A stretch of DNA of 64,000 nucleotides from Sulfurospirillum sp. (GTDB taxonomy: Bacteria > Campylobacterota > Campylobacteria > Campylobacterales > Sulfurospirillaceae): NCBI GenBank assembly GCA_045047115.1, contig JASFYR010000009.1, positions 64,001 to 128,000 of the forward strand, read 5' to 3'. Position 1 is the stretch's first letter; every line of letters begins with the position of its first letter. The notes below the pieces were generated by a model. It saw nothing but the letters and a program-made list of their open reading frames with translations. It was not told the DNA's origin and did not search any database. Below, one piece after another: positions 38,609 through 50,705 of the stretch. Made by a program: the position numbers and the translations under genes.

Positions 38609-39784
38609 ATGCCAAACTTTAAAACTAACGGCGTCGCTATGCCAAATTTTCCTGTAAAATTTGGAGATAGCGAATTTTTATATCAGGCAATCTGTAAAAA
38701 AGACGAATCTTTGATAAGAGTTAAGCAGAAAAATGAGGACTTTTTTATTCAGATACGAAAAAAAGATGGGGGATATCTGATAAAAGCAGATAAAATCTCT
38801 CGCCCATCCCAAGTAGTCTTTGTGCAGCAAGCTCTAAGGGATTTTAGAGATTTAATTGGATGCAAAGTAGAGTATTCAAATATCGACCCCCAAAAAATAA
38901 AACCAAAAACCAAGTTTAGAGCACTTAAGGATATAAATTTTTTTGCAAATGAGTTTATTGTTACCAAGGAGATTTGGCTTGAGGTTGGTTTTGGGAGTGG
39001 CAGACATCTTTTGCATCAAGCCAAAAAACACGAAGACATACAGTTCATCGGGCTTGAGATACATAAGCCATCACTTGAACAGGTGGCGAAACAGTGTGAA
39101 CTTCAATCTATTAAAAACATATATCTTCTCGATTATGATGCAAGAATTTTTCTAGAATTCTTAGAGTCAAACAGTGTTGGGAAGATATTTGTCCATTTTC
39201 CTGTGCCTTGGGATAAAAAACCCCACAGGAGGGTCATATCTTCTGAGTTTATCAGTGAATCTATCAGAGTTTTAAAAGAGCAAGGAAGGCTTGAGTTGAG
39301 AACTGACAGTCAAAAATATTTTGATTACTCTTTGGAAGAGTTTTTAAAACTGAATATACTCAATCTTTGCATAAAGAAAAACAGAGATTTGGATATAAGC
39401 AGTAAATATGAAGACAGGTGGAAAAGACAAGAAAAAGATATCTTTGATTTGACTATGATAAATGAGGAGATTTCTGAAGTAAACCAAAAAATTGAAATGA
39501 TAAGATTTGAAAAAAGATGTGATTTTGCTAAGCTTAAAAAAGGTTTTGAAAAGATAGTTAAGAGTAAAAAAGAGTGTTTTTTACATGTGGAAGATATATA
39601 CGAGATTGATGAAAATGAGGGTTTGTTAAAGATTTCTTTTGGTGCAAGTGCAAAAAATGAGAGAGTATATGTAGAGTTTTTAAAAGATAGAATTTCGTAT
39701 TTTCCGGATAATATATTAGCAACAAAAGCAAACCAACTGGCACATAGTTTACTGGATGAGTGGCTAGAGGAAATTAGCGGATGA
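38609..39784 (+). CDS. trmB: tRNA (guanine-N7)-methyltransferase
   Basis: LEVGFGSG, GLEI, HFPVPWDKKPHRR, LRTD, SKYE. Confidence 0.93.
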   Translation: MPNFKTNGVAMPNFPVKFGDSEFLYQAICKKDESLIRVKQKNEDFFIQIRKKDGGYLIKADKISRPSQVVFVQQALRDFRDLIGCKVEYSNIDPQKIKPKTKFRALKDINFFANEFIVTKEIWLEVGFGSGRHLLHQAKKHEDIQFIGLEIHKPSLEQVAKQCELQSIKNIYLLDYDARIFLEFLESNSVGKIFVHFPVPWDKKPHRRVISSEFISESIRVLKEQGRLELRTDSQKYFDYSLEEFLKLNILNLCIKKNRDLDISSKYEDRWKRQEKDIFDLTMINEEISEVNQKIEMIRFEKRCDFAKLKKGFEKIVKSKKECFLHVEDIYEIDENEGLLKISFGASAKNERVYVEFLKDRISYFPDNILATKANQLAHSLLDEWLEEISG

Positions 39785-40452
39785 ATTATGTTGTAAGTGC
39801 CCAAAAACTCTCTTTGGGTTATGGTGGTGATGAGCCTGTAATTTCCGAGACGGACATAAGTATCAATTCCGGTGATTTTGTATTTATAACAGGAAAGAGT
39901 GGTAGTGGCAAATCAACGATTATAAAGTCTTTTTATGGCGAGTTATTACCGCAAAAAGGAAATCTAAATATCTGTGGTGTTGATGTTAAAAAGCTAAATA
40001 GAACAAAGTTAAACAAACTAAGGAGATATCTAGGCATAGTATTTCAAGACTATAAACTCATAGAGAGTTGGACTATTGAAAAAAATATCATGTTGCCCTT
40101 GATGATAGGCGGTTTTTCCAAATCAGTTTGTGAGGCACAGGCATTGAAGCTCTTAAGACATGTAAAATTAACTCATAAAATAGGAAAATACCCATTGGAG
40201 CTTAGTGGCGGCGAGCAACAAAGAGTTGCGATTGCAAGAGCATTGGCACACAATCCCGTGTTAATTTTAGCAGATGAACCTACAGGAAATCTGGATGATT
40301 ACTCTAGTGAGGTTATTTGGAATCTTTTAAAAAATGCAAGAGAACATTTGGGTACAACTGTGGTTATCGTGACTCATCACATACCATCTACTATAGGGGT
40401 AAATTATAAACACTTTTTTATCGACAAAGGAGTGTTGTATGAAGTCTCTTAA
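39781..40452 (+). CDS. ftsE: Cell division ATP-binding protein FtsE
   Basis: [42 protein letters not shown]; followed by ftsX. Confidence 0.93.
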   Translation: MNYVVSAQKLSLGYGGDEPVISETDISINSGDFVFITGKSGSGKSTIIKSFYGELLPQKGNLNICGVDVKKLNRTKLNKLRRYLGIVFQDYKLIESWTIEKNIMLPLMIGGFSKSVCEAQALKLLRHVKLTHKIGKYPLELSGGEQQRVAIARALAHNPVLILADEPTGNLDDYSSEVIWNLLKNAREHLGTTVVIVTHHIPSTIGVNYKHFFIDKGVLYEVS

Positions 40453-41245
40453 AAATCATATTTCAGTTATTTTGACTCTGTTTGTTTTGCTTTTTAGTGT
40501 CCAGTTCAGTATAGAGATGTATAAAGTTATAGAGGAACAAAATCAAAAATTGATAGAAAATTATTCTATAGTGGTTGTTTCTCAAAAGAGATTGAAAATA
40601 GAAAATATACATGATGCTATAAAGGATATAGATTCAATTTTTCCCATAAGCACAAAAAAAATTATCGATAAATTAAAGAACAGCATGACACCTGAAAATT
40701 TATCGATGTTGAAAATCGCACTTCCTTACTTTTATACTCTAAAGCTAAACACTCTCCCCGATAAAAATAGATTGGAGAAGATAAAACATACTCTAATGTC
40801 TGTCAAAAGCATCTCTAGAGTAGAGATATTTACCAAAACATATGAGGGTATATATAGGATTTTACAGATATTGCAGTTTTTTACATATATTTTTAATGCA
40901 ATTATATTTTTTATGTCTATACTTTTACTCTTTAAGCATATTAAAATTTGGATACTGGAACATGAAGAAAAGATAAAAATCATGGGTTATTTTGGTGCGA
41001 GCTATTGGATAAAGAGTGCATTTTTATACAGATTGGTATTTATCGATTCTTTGGTTAGTACAATGTTTGTAGGGCTTCTGTTTTTTTATTTTTCAAACAG
41101 TCTGTATATTGAAAATAAACTTTCTATACTCAATATAAGTCTTCCAAAATTTAGTATAGTTTATGATGCTGGCGTATTGTTTGCTATTGCTCTGTCGTTA
41201 TCGTTGGTGATTGTTACAATTGTTTCTAGAAAAATGAGTAGATAG
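40439..41245 (+). CDS. ftsX: Cell division permease FtsX
   Basis: Four-TM layout with periplasmic loop, LPYFY, IMGYFGA; follows ftsE. Confidence 0.85.
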   Translation: MKSLKNHISVILTLFVLLFSVQFSIEMYKVIEEQNQKLIENYSIVVVSQKRLKIENIHDAIKDIDSIFPISTKKIIDKLKNSMTPENLSMLKIALPYFYTLKLNTLPDKNRLEKIKHTLMSVKSISRVEIFTKTYEGIYRILQILQFFTYIFNAIIFFMSILLLFKHIKIWILEHEEKIKIMGYFGASYWIKSAFLYRLVFIDSLVSTMFVGLLFFYFSNSLYIENKLSILNISLPKFSIVYDAGVLFAIALSLSLVIVTIVSRKMSR

Positions 41246-41249
41246 CGCA

Positions 41250-42470
41250 ATGACGAAAGCTGTTTTTTTACTCTTATGCGTCTCTGTCCTCTTTTTACAT
41301 CTGGATGCGAGTGTCGGAAATAAGATAAAACAACAAGCAAATTATTTAAAATCCAAAGGGAGAATGGAAAAAAGAATCACCAGGAAACTGAATGATTTGG
41401 CAAATGAGATTTTGGGGCAAATTAAAAATCTAAATCGACTAAAGCAACAAATTGATAATCTGAATAAAAACATCAAATCCAATGAGGTTGATATAGAAAG
41501 AAAGTACAAAATACTCGATAAACTACTAAGCAGCAACAAAGAGTTATCTTCTCAAAAGAAAGATTTAGAAAAAAAGATAATAAAAATTATAGCAAAAGAT
41601 TTTTCCTACTATCTTATCAATAATAAAAATTTTATTGAAACAAAAGACTCTATCGTAGCTGGTGAAGTTGTCGAGAAGATGGATACAATTTTAAGAAGAG
41701 AATTTAGAAAACTCTCTATAAGCTATGAAAATATAAACGGTAAAATTTCTACACGAAAAAAAGAGATAAAATCCATAAAAATATATATAGATAACTCTAA
41801 AAAACAAAAAGAGAGATTGTTGAGATTAAAAAAACGCAGAGTATCAGCAATCAAAAAACTAAATAATGAAAAATCAAACTATAAAAACAGACTGTACCGA
41901 ATAAAAAAAGAGAAGCTGAGCATAAGAGAGACTTTGGAAAAACTAAAAATATTGAAAAAAGCACAAAATTTAAAAGCTCAAAGAAAAAAAGAGTTAAGAA
42001 GAAGAGTTAAACGACAGGGAAATTCAAAACTAAGTGTTCGTCAAATTGGATCATCTTATCAAGTCAGCAAGGTAAAAAGATATAGAGGCGCAAAGACAAT
42101 AGCACCACTGACGAGTTTTGTTGTGAAGAGAAAATTTGGCAACTATATTGATCCGATTTATAATATAAAAATATTTAATGAGTCAGTAACACTTGCATCG
42201 AAAATTAAAAATGCAAAGGTTAAAAATATACTAAATGGCAAAGTTGTTTTTGCAAAGGATACAGCAGTTCTGGATAAAGTCATAATTATCGAGAACTACA
42301 ATGGAATTCATACAATATATGCGCATTTGAGCAAGATCGCACCAACCATCAAAGTAGGGAAAAAAATCAAAAAAGGGTATATTATAGGAAGGGTGGACAG
42401 AGATTTGACCTTTGAAGTGACTCAAAAAAATTATCATATAAATCCTCTGCAATTGATAAAATTAAATTAG
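41250..42470 (+). CDS. EnvC-like coiled-coil/M23 murein hydrolase activator
   Basis: Signal peptide, long coiled coil, C-terminal LytM-like domain (HTIYAHL) with a degenerate first Zn motif. Confidence 0.85.
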   Translation: MTKAVFLLLCVSVLFLHLDASVGNKIKQQANYLKSKGRMEKRITRKLNDLANEILGQIKNLNRLKQQIDNLNKNIKSNEVDIERKYKILDKLLSSNKELSSQKKDLEKKIIKIIAKDFSYYLINNKNFIETKDSIVAGEVVEKMDTILRREFRKLSISYENINGKISTRKKEIKSIKIYIDNSKKQKERLLRLKKRRVSAIKKLNNEKSNYKNRLYRIKKEKLSIRETLEKLKILKKAQNLKAQRKKELRRRVKRQGNSKLSVRQIGSSYQVSKVKRYRGAKTIAPLTSFVVKRKFGNYIDPIYNIKIFNESVTLASKIKNAKVKNILNGKVVFAKDTAVLDKVIIIENYNGIHTIYAHLSKIAPTIKVGKKIKKGYIIGRVDRDLTFEVTQKNYHINPLQLIKLN

Positions 42471-42492
42471 TTTTTTAGTTATATTTGGATAA

Positions 42493-43254
<762 letters not shown>

Positions 43255-43276
43255 AACAGAGGTTTGCATAACTGCA

Positions 43277-43343
43277 AGGTTGTGCTTTAGTAGCGCGTGA
43301 ATTTATCAGGAATTCACTTCCTGATAAAGATGACAATAAAGGA
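43277..43343 (+). repeat. Best-preserved copy of the GCTTTAG intergenic repeat, with an 11-bp hairpin
   Basis: AGGTTGTGCTTTAGTAGCGCGTGAA-TTTATCAGGAA-TTCAC-TTCCTGATAAA-GATGACAATAAAGGA. Confidence 0.75.
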
Positions 43344-43350
43344 AAAAAAT

Positions 43351-43563
43351 ATGAGAACAGAACAAATAACAGCCAAAGCACTTAAAAAAATGGATGATGA
43401 TAAATATTTACTCTCGATAGTAGTTGCAAAAAGAGCTGAACAATTAGCAAATGGAGCTACACCATTTGTAAAAGCTGACAACAGAGAAAAGTTTACTGAC
43501 ATTGCCCTTAAAGAGATAGCTGAGGGAAAAGTGGGATTAGAGTCTATAACTGATATAAAATGA
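43351..43563 (+). CDS. rpoZ: RNA polymerase omega subunit
   Basis: [31 protein letters not shown]; between pyrH and spoT. Confidence 0.95.
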   Translation: MRTEQITAKALKKMDDDKYLLSIVVAKRAEQLANGATPFVKADNREKFTDIALKEIAEGKVGLESITDIK

Positions 43564-45722
43564 TATTAGAAGATCTAACCAAGAGAATAAAACAATCAAA
43601 AGATGTAGAGACATCCATCTCTATTTTGAAAAGTTTCACAGAGATTACTCCACTTATACAAAAAGGAATTGATTTTTCTATCAAGCAACACCACGGGCAA
43701 TTTAGAAAAAGTGGTGAAAAGTATGTCAATCATCCTATACTTGTGGCTTCGTTGGTAGCCTTTTATGGCGGTGATGAAGCTATGATAGTAGCTGGTCTTC
43801 TTCATGATGTTGTTGAAGACACAAATTGTGAAATTGAAACAATAGATAAAAATTTCACAAAAGAGATAGGTGCCCTTGTGGAGGGCTTGACTAAAATCAT
43901 GGAGATTCGTGATATTGAGTTGATACCTTCTTATTCAAACGAAAGGATTATATCCTCTGCTTTGACATTTAGAAAAATGCTACTCGCCTCCATAAGTGAT
44001 GTAAGGGTTTTGGTTATAAAACTTTGTGACAGACTGCACAACATGATGACACTGCATGGTCTCTCCCCTGCAAAACAGAGAAGAATCAGCGAAGAGACAG
44101 TGGTTGTATATGCTCCTATTGCCCATAGGCTTGGTATATCTTCAATTAAGAAGTACCTTGAAGACAAAAGTTTTTTTTATGTTATGCCCCTGGAGTATAA
44201 AAAGATAGATGATTATATCAATGAACATAAACAACAGCTTCAGCTAAGGCTAAACCATTTTGCATCAAAAATAAGAACTTTAATGCTTAAAGATGGTTTT
44301 AATGAGAGTGATTTTACACTTATAAAAAGAATCAAACACCACTATTCAATATATCTTAAAATGCAAAGAAAAGGAATAACTATAGAAGAAGTTTTAGATC
44401 TTCTTGCTATAAGAGTGATAGTGGAAAAGAGTATAGATTGCTATAAAGTGCTAGGATTGATACATCTGCAGTTCAACCCTTTGATTTCAAGATTTAAAGA
44501 CTACATTGCAATTCCAAAAGAGAATGGTTATCAAACTATACACACTACAGTTTTTGATAACAAATCCATAATAGAGTCCCAAATCAGAACATATGACATG
44601 GATAAAACTGCTGAATTTGGCTTGGCGGCTCATTGGAAATACAAAAGTGGAGGACTAAATCCAAAGCTTGATTGGCTTGATGAACTTAAAAACCAAAATG
44701 ATGAGATTGAAAATATTGAGGAGTTCTATCAGATAGCCAAAGACAATCTGTATAGTGAAGACATCGCTGTTTTTTCGCCAAAAGGAGATATTTTCTCTCT
44801 TCCTCGTGGCGCTACTGTGCTTGACTTTGCTTATGAAGTTCATACGGAAGTAGGAATATTTGCAAAAGAGGCTTATGTTAATAAACAAAGAGCCCCTCTT
44901 TTAAGCGAATTGAAAAACGGTGATATAGTTAGAATTGTTACTTCGAAAGAGCCAAAATTCAGATGCAGTTGGATTAAGAGTGTAAAGACTGGCAAAGCAA
45001 TCAACTCTATAAGGACAAGCTGTAGACAGAAGATCAAAGACATTAACCAAAAGATAGCTATAAATTTGTTGAAAAATACATTTAATACAAAAGAAAAAAA
45101 GATCGAAGATTGGTTGGAAAAAGAAAATTTGACAAAAAAAGTATTTAAGATTACTTCTGATTCGGTATATTTTAAAGATGTAGTAAATGCACTTAAAAAA
45201 TATTCAAAAGCTGAAAGTTTGATATTTCCACTATTGAAATTTGATAAATTTAAGATAAAAAAACAAAAATTTGAAAATATAGTAGTTTATTCTAATCAAA
45301 ATATATCAAATGTCTTTTTTGATTTTTGCTGTCATCCTAAAAGAGGTGATGACATAATGGGCTTCAAAAAAGGAAATCAGGTTTTTGTTCATCATAAATT
45401 GTGTGATAGGGCATATGAACTGTTGAAAAAAGATGCCAACATGGTATTTGTTAAGTGGACAAGAGATGCTCCGGAGAGATATAAGCTAATTGTAAGCTTG
45501 GAAAATAAAAGGGGCGCTTTAGCATCTTTTTTGGCATATTTAGCTAAAATGCAGATAAATTTAGTAACAATTGAGTTGGGAAAATCTGAAGAAGGTCATG
45601 TTGATTTTTTTGAAATGATACTTGAACTTCCTGATAAATCCATAAACTCTATTAGAAATAACTTAAAATCAAGATATAGTGTGATAGAGTTTGTTTCTAT
45701 AAACGATGCCTATAAGAATTAG
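43560..45722 (+). CDS. spoT: Bifunctional (p)ppGpp synthetase/hydrolase
   Basis: HD domain (GLLHDVVED), [36 protein letters not shown] and ACT domains. Confidence 0.96.
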   Translation: MILEDLTKRIKQSKDVETSISILKSFTEITPLIQKGIDFSIKQHHGQFRKSGEKYVNHPILVASLVAFYGGDEAMIVAGLLHDVVEDTNCEIETIDKNFTKEIGALVEGLTKIMEIRDIELIPSYSNERIISSALTFRKMLLASISDVRVLVIKLCDRLHNMMTLHGLSPAKQRRISEETVVVYAPIAHRLGISSIKKYLEDKSFFYVMPLEYKKIDDYINEHKQQLQLRLNHFASKIRTLMLKDGFNESDFTLIKRIKHHYSIYLKMQRKGITIEEVLDLLAIRVIVEKSIDCYKVLGLIHLQFNPLISRFKDYIAIPKENGYQTIHTTVFDNKSIIESQIRTYDMDKTAEFGLAAHWKYKSGGLNPKLDWLDELKNQNDEIENIEEFYQIAKDNLYSEDIAVFSPKGDIFSLPRGATVLDFAYEVHTEVGIFAKEAYVNKQRAPLLSELKNGDIVRIVTSKEPKFRCSWIKSVKTGKAINSIRTSCRQKIKDINQKIAINLLKNTFNTKEKKIEDWLEKENLTKKVFKITSDSVYFKDVVNALKKYSKAESLIFPLLKFDKFKIKKQKFENIVVYSNQNISNVFFDFCCHPKRGDDIMGFKKGNQVFVHHKLCDRAYELLKKDANMVFVKWTRDAPERYKLIVSLENKRGALASFLAYLAKMQINLVTIELGKSEEGHVDFFEMILELPDKSINSIRNNLKSRYSVIEFVSINDAYKN

Positions 45723-45732
45723 AAGGAAAAAA

Positions 45733-46932
45733 ATGATAGAAAATGCTTTAAGAGAGATAAAGCGCGGAGTCAGCGAGATAATTGATGAAAAAAGAGTAAT
45801 AGAGCTTCTTAAAAACTACTTTGAAAAAGGTGAGGGTTATTTTGTGAAAGCTGGTTTTGATCCTACTGCACCGGATCTTCATTTAGGCCATACGGTCCTC
45901 CTTCAGAAGATGGCGTTATTTCAAAAATATGGAGCAACAGTGCAGTTTATCATAGGTGATTTTACCGGTATGATAGGAGATCCTACAGGTAAAAGCGAGA
46001 CTAGAAAAAAGCTTGACAAAGAGACAGTCTTAAAAAATGCTAAAAGCTATGAAGAGCAGGTCTTCAAGATACTTGACCCTAAAAAAACACAGATTTTATT
46101 TAACTCATCTTGGATAAATGAGTTAGGCTCTACTGGTATGTTAGAGTTAACAACTACTTTCAATGTTGCAAGAATGTTGGAGAGAGAAGACTTTGAAAAA
46201 AGATATAAATCAAACGCTCCTATCTCTATAAGTGAGTTTCTCTATCCTCTTTTGCAGGGATATGACAGTGTTGCTATAAAATCTGATATTGAGATGGGAG
46301 GAACTGATCAAAAATTTAACCTTTTGATGGGAAGACACTTGCAAAGAGCTTATAGTACTGGAAAAGAGCAAGCTGTAGTTATGATGCCACTTTTGGAGGG
46401 ATTAGACGGGGTTAACAAGATGAGTAAATCTATAGGTAACTATATTGGAGTAACTGATGACCCGAATGATATGTTTGGAAAGATGCTTAGCATCAGTGAT
46501 GACTTGATGTGGAGATATTATGAATTGCTTAGTTCTCTTTCGATAGAGCAGATAGACTCTTTAAAACAAAAAGTAAAAGATGGTTTGCTTCATCCAAAAA
46601 ATGTAAAAGAAAATTTAGCGTTGGAGATAGTGCAAAGATATCATGGTGATGAAGCGGCCAAAAATGCAAAAGAAGAATTTGAAAAAGTACATTCAAAAAA
46701 CCAACTACCCAGTGATTTGAAAGAATTTGTAACAAAAGAGTCGATCTGGATAGCTCAGGCACTGGTTGATTGTGAGTTGGAGCCTTCAACTTCTCAGGCG
46801 AGAAGAGACATAAAACAAAACGCTGTCAGTGTAAATCAAAATAAGATAAGTGATATGCAAATGCAACTTGGTATTGGTGAATATATACTTCAAGTGGGAA
46901 AAAGAAAGTTTGCAAAATTAAAGGTGATATGA
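45733..46932 (+). CDS. tyrS: Tyrosine--tRNA ligase
   Basis: GFDPTAPDLHLGH, YPLLQGYD, GGTDQKFN, KMSKS, C-terminal S4 domain. Confidence 0.97.
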   Translation: MIENALREIKRGVSEIIDEKRVIELLKNYFEKGEGYFVKAGFDPTAPDLHLGHTVLLQKMALFQKYGATVQFIIGDFTGMIGDPTGKSETRKKLDKETVLKNAKSYEEQVFKILDPKKTQILFNSSWINELGSTGMLELTTTFNVARMLEREDFEKRYKSNAPISISEFLYPLLQGYDSVAIKSDIEMGGTDQKFNLLMGRHLQRAYSTGKEQAVVMMPLLEGLDGVNKMSKSIGNYIGVTDDPNDMFGKMLSISDDLMWRYYELLSSLSIEQIDSLKQKVKDGLLHPKNVKENLALEIVQRYHGDEAAKNAKEEFEKVHSKNQLPSDLKEFVTKESIWIAQALVDCELEPSTSQARRDIKQNAVSVNQNKISDMQMQLGIGEYILQVGKRKFAKLKVI

Positions 46933-48029
46933 TGGTATTTAAACCCCTAAAAATTGGAAAATATACTATAAAACATCCTATAGTGCAGGGTGGAATGGGA
47001 TTAGGAATCAGTTGGGACAATCTAGCAGGGTCGGTAAGCCTAAACGGAGGTTTGGGTGTTGTTAGCTCTGTCGGAACAGGATATTATAAAAATCAAAAAT
47101 ATAGCAAAAAAGAGATTAGTGACAGACCTTTTGAGGCTGAAAATTTCTATTCGAGAGATGGCTTAAAAGCTATAATAAACGGTGCAAAAAAGATAGCAAA
47201 CGGCAAGCCGATAGCTGTAAATGTTCTTTATGCTATAAATGAATATGGCAGGGTTGCAAGAGATGCATGCGAACTTGGAGCCGATATCATTATAACAGGA
47301 GCCGGACTTCCTACAAATATGCCTGAATTTACCGAGGGTTATCCCGATGTTGCTTTGGTGCCTATTGTTTCGAGTGCAAAGGCGCTTAAAATTATATGTA
47401 AAAGATGGAAACAGAGATATGACAGACTTCCTGATGCTATAGTGGTTGAGGGACCAAAGAGCGGAGGGCATCAGGGATTTACTTATGAGCAGTGCTTCAA
47501 GGATGAATACCAGCTTGAAAATTTGATTAAACCTATAAAAGAAGAGATAAAAAAATGGGGAGATTTTCCACTTATTGCTGCCGGAGGTATTTGGGACCAT
47601 AATGATATAATTAAAGTCATGGAGCTAGGAGCAGATGGTGTTCAAATGGGTACAAGATTTATTGGCACTCATGAGTGTGATGCAAGCGATAATTTTAAAC
47701 AAGTGATTATTGACTCAAAAGAGGAAGATATCAAGCTCTTGAAGTCCCCTGTCGGATATCCGGCTCGTGGAGTAAGAACCAATCTTATAAAAATAGTTGA
47801 CAAAAGAGAAGGTCCGAAGATAAAGTGTATCAGTAACTGCGTGAGTCCTTGCCATAGAGGTCAAGAGGCAAAAGAGGTTGGATACTGTATAGCAGATAGA
47901 CTTTCCGATGCTTATTTGGGCAGAGTGGATACCGGCCTGTTTTTTACCGGCTCAAACGGATATAAACTAAATGAGATAATTAGCGTTAAAGAGCTTATGT
48001 ATAAGTTGGTAAATGGAGAAAATGCTTAA
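46929..48029 (+). CDS. fabX: Nitronate monooxygenase-family flavoprotein, probably FabX (decanoyl-ACP dehydrogenase/isomerase)
   Basis: PIVQGGMG, EGPKSGGHQG, GVQMGTRF, CISNCVSPC..YCI Fe-S motif; tyrS-X-amiA synteny as in Helicobacter. Confidence 0.75.
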   Translation: MMVFKPLKIGKYTIKHPIVQGGMGLGISWDNLAGSVSLNGGLGVVSSVGTGYYKNQKYSKKEISDRPFEAENFYSRDGLKAIINGAKKIANGKPIAVNVLYAINEYGRVARDACELGADIIITGAGLPTNMPEFTEGYPDVALVPIVSSAKALKIICKRWKQRYDRLPDAIVVEGPKSGGHQGFTYEQCFKDEYQLENLIKPIKEEIKKWGDFPLIAAGGIWDHNDIIKVMELGADGVQMGTRFIGTHECDASDNFKQVIIDSKEEDIKLLKSPVGYPARGVRTNLIKIVDKREGPKIKCISNCVSPCHRGQEAKEVGYCIADRLSDAYLGRVDTGLFFTGSNGYKLNEIISVKELMYKLVNGENA

Positions 48030-49401
48030 AAAGATATTTTTTCTTATTTTTATCGCATTTTCACTTCTTGCTAGTTCTGCGTATCTTGATAGAGTCTACT
48101 CATATGACAAGCAGATGAGTTTAGCAAATAGTAGCACTATGCTCAAAATCTTTCACTCCTTGCAAAATATATACATAAAATCCATCATTCAAAACGATAG
48201 GCTTTTGAAAATTGAGACACTTAAAAGATTAATCAAATGTTCAAAAATTTTAAAAATTAATGAAAAAAATTATAAAAAAGAGCTTTCAACTCTGCTTAGG
48301 CACTCAAATAAAATCAAAAAGAAAAAAGAGGAGACCAAAAGCCGCAGAGTAAGTAAAACTACACCAAAACTCTTGTCGGTTACGACAGATAATAAAAGTA
48401 TAAAATTTAAATTTAATCATTATATTAAGGATAAAAATATAAAATCCTTTGCTCTGAAAAGTAGTAAATTTTATAGAAAGATTTATGACATAAATGCTGT
48501 TTTGCCGATAAATATCAAAATTAAAAAACCATATTTACTAAGAAAATTAAGAGTTGCCCAATACAATAAACAGACCATAAGAGTAGTTTTGGAGACAAGA
48601 AAAAGCAGGAATTATTTTCTTAGTATTGATAAAAACAGAGTTATTATCAATTTTTTTAAAAAAACGAAACAGATAAAAAAGACTCTGCCAAATATTAAAT
48701 TTCAACAAAGTTATTTTACTCCCGCAAATAAGGTTATAGTTTTGGATCCCGGGCATGGGGGTAAAGATTCTGGAGCGATAGGCTATCAAAGAAGATACGA
48801 GAAGAGAGCAGTATTACAAATTGCATTGAAGTGCGCAAGAGAGCTTAAAAAAAGGGGATATAGAGTATATTTAACAAGAAATAGAGACTATTTTGTGAGC
48901 TTAAGAAACAGAACCAAATTTGCAAATAGAAAAAATGCAGATCTATTTATATCCATACATGCAAATGCGGCTCCAAGAAGAAGCAAATATCTCTCGTCAA
49001 AAGGATTGGAGACATTTTTTCTATCTCCCGATAGAAGCAACAGAAGCAAGCATGTCGCAGCACTTGAAAACAGATCTGCTATGGCAGATATGGATTATTA
49101 CACTAAAAATACATTTTTAAGTGTGATGAATCGTGCAAAAATTATTCAGGCAAATAAAATGGCATTAGATACTCAGCAGGCTATACTGAAATCTCTTAGG
49201 AAAAAATACAATGTCGTTGATGGTGGTGTGAGAGAGGCACCATTTTGGGTATTGGTAGGTGCTCAAATGCCAGCAATTTTGATTGAAACAGGATATATCA
49301 CAAATCCCACAGAAGGCGTTAGACTGTTTAATCCCCAATATCAAAATCTATTGGCGAAAGGTGTTGCAAATGGAGTTGATAACTACTTTTTAAAAAACTA
49401 A
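48013..49401 (+). CDS. amiA: N-acetylmuramoyl-L-alanine amidase
   Basis: AMIN-like region, then VLDPGHGGKDSGA, LFISIHANA, PAILIETGY. Confidence 0.93.
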   Translation: MEKMLKKIFFLIFIAFSLLASSAYLDRVYSYDKQMSLANSSTMLKIFHSLQNIYIKSIIQNDRLLKIETLKRLIKCSKILKINEKNYKKELSTLLRHSNKIKKKKEETKSRRVSKTTPKLLSVTTDNKSIKFKFNHYIKDKNIKSFALKSSKFYRKIYDINAVLPINIKIKKPYLLRKLRVAQYNKQTIRVVLETRKSRNYFLSIDKNRVIINFFKKTKQIKKTLPNIKFQQSYFTPANKVIVLDPGHGGKDSGAIGYQRRYEKRAVLQIALKCARELKKRGYRVYLTRNRDYFVSLRNRTKFANRKNADLFISIHANAAPRRSKYLSSKGLETFFLSPDRSNRSKHVAALENRSAMADMDYYTKNTFLSVMNRAKIIQANKMALDTQQAILKSLRKKYNVVDGGVREAPFWVLVGAQMPAILIETGYITNPTEGVRLFNPQYQNLLAKGVANGVDNYFLKN

Positions 49402-50141
49402 TACTCATTTGAGTATTTTTTGTCAACTTCATCCATCTTTTTTTTGAAAAAACTACACCATTGCTCTAGAATTTGTCTGTCTTTGTGGGCTAGATATATA
49501 TCAACAGTTTTTTTATCTCCTTCTATCTTTGGCAGTGATGAGAGCTCTAAATCCTCTGGAAGTTCTTCCATAATGTCTATAAGGTCATTTTCGGAACAGT
49601 CTGCTTTGAAACCACAAGAGAATTTATCTGCTTTTTTTTCAAAAAGATTATCAAGTGCCCAAAGTACCATATGGTGAGCCATAGATGGGAAGCCCGGAGT
49701 AAAGAAAAATCTATCTTCAAGATAAAAGCCAGGGACTCTGTTTACTATGTTTTCTAAGAGTTTTGCGCCTTGAGGTATATTTGCCATCTTGACTCTGTGA
49801 GGATATGCTTCATCTTCAAACTCATCTTTTATGAGTTTTAGTGCCTCTTGATTTGTCTTGAGAACTCCACATGTGAAGGCAAGTGCTGCCACTTTTCTTG
49901 TGTAATCATCAGGAGTTGAGCCGATTCCTCCAAAGCAAAACATCACGCTTTTCGGATCTTTGGCTATCATTTCAAATACTCTTTTCATCAAAGCAGGATT
50001 ATCGTTTATGACAAAATTTGCCTCATGTCTCAATCCTCTTTCCCTTAGTAACTTGTTGAAAAAGGAAAAATGCTTATCTTCTCTTCTGCCGTTTAAGAGT
50101 TCAGTACCGATTATGACGCTGTAAAAGTTGTGGCTATCCAT
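49398..50141 (-). CDS. CinA N-terminal-like (molybdopterin-binding domain) protein
   Basis: IIGTELLNGRRED, FGGIGSTPDDYT, PGFP. Confidence 0.85.
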   Translation of the reverse strand: MDSHNFYSVIIGTELLNGRREDKHFSFFNKLLRERGLRHEANFVINDNPALMKRVFEMIAKDPKSVMFCFGGIGSTPDDYTRKVAALAFTCGVLKTNQEALKLIKDEFEDEAYPHRVKMANIPQGAKLLENIVNRVPGFYLEDRFFFTPGFPSMAHHMVLWALDNLFEKKADKFSCGFKADCSENDLIDIMEELPEDLELSSLPKIEGDKKTVDIYLAHKDRQILEQWCSFFKKKMDEVDKKYSNEY

Positions 50142-50703
50142 ATATCAACTCCATCATTTCTTCTACTATCTCTTCAATTTCTCTCTCTCCGTCAACTTTA
50201 ACAAGAAGATTTTTAGAGCCATAAAAGTCTCTTATTTCATTTAGAGGTTCATTATAAACCTCCATCCTTTTATTGAAAATTTCCTCTTTGTCATCGGCAC
50301 CTCTGGCTCTTCCTAAAACTCTATTTTTAGCAGTCTCTTTAGAAACTTCTACTTCTATCACTCTTTTAAGCTTGATATTTTTACTATTTTTCAGCTCTTT
50401 TTCAAGTTCCGTCATTTGCTCTACAGATCTTGGGAAGCCATCAATGATCACAGTTTTTTTATCTGTGCTGTTTATGGCTTTGACGATAGTTTCTACTGCA
50501 ATTTTTACCGGTACTAGGTTACCAGCGCTTATCTTTTTATTTATAATCTTTCCCAAGTTGCTTCCGGATTTTACCTCTTGCCTTAAAAGTTCTCCTGTTG
50601 AAAAGTGTGCAGTTGTATCAGCGTTTTTATCTGCTATTATCTGCGCATCAGTTGTTTTGCCACTTCCGGGAGCTCCTATTATCAAAAAGAGAAATTTTGC
50701 CAT
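50134..50703 (-). CDS. adk: Adenylate kinase, short-LID form
   Basis: GAPGSGKTT, STGELLR, IDGFPR, GRARGADD; next to aspS as in Campylobacter. Confidence 0.9.
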   Translation of the reverse strand: MAKFLFLIIGAPGSGKTTDAQIIADKNADTTAHFSTGELLRQEVKSGSNLGKIINKKISAGNLVPVKIAVETIVKAINSTDKKTVIIDGFPRSVEQMTELEKELKNSKNIKLKRVIEVEVSKETAKNRVLGRARGADDKEEIFNKRMEVYNEPLNEIRDFYGSKNLLVKVDGEREIEEIVEEMMELIYG

Positions 50704-50705
50704 AA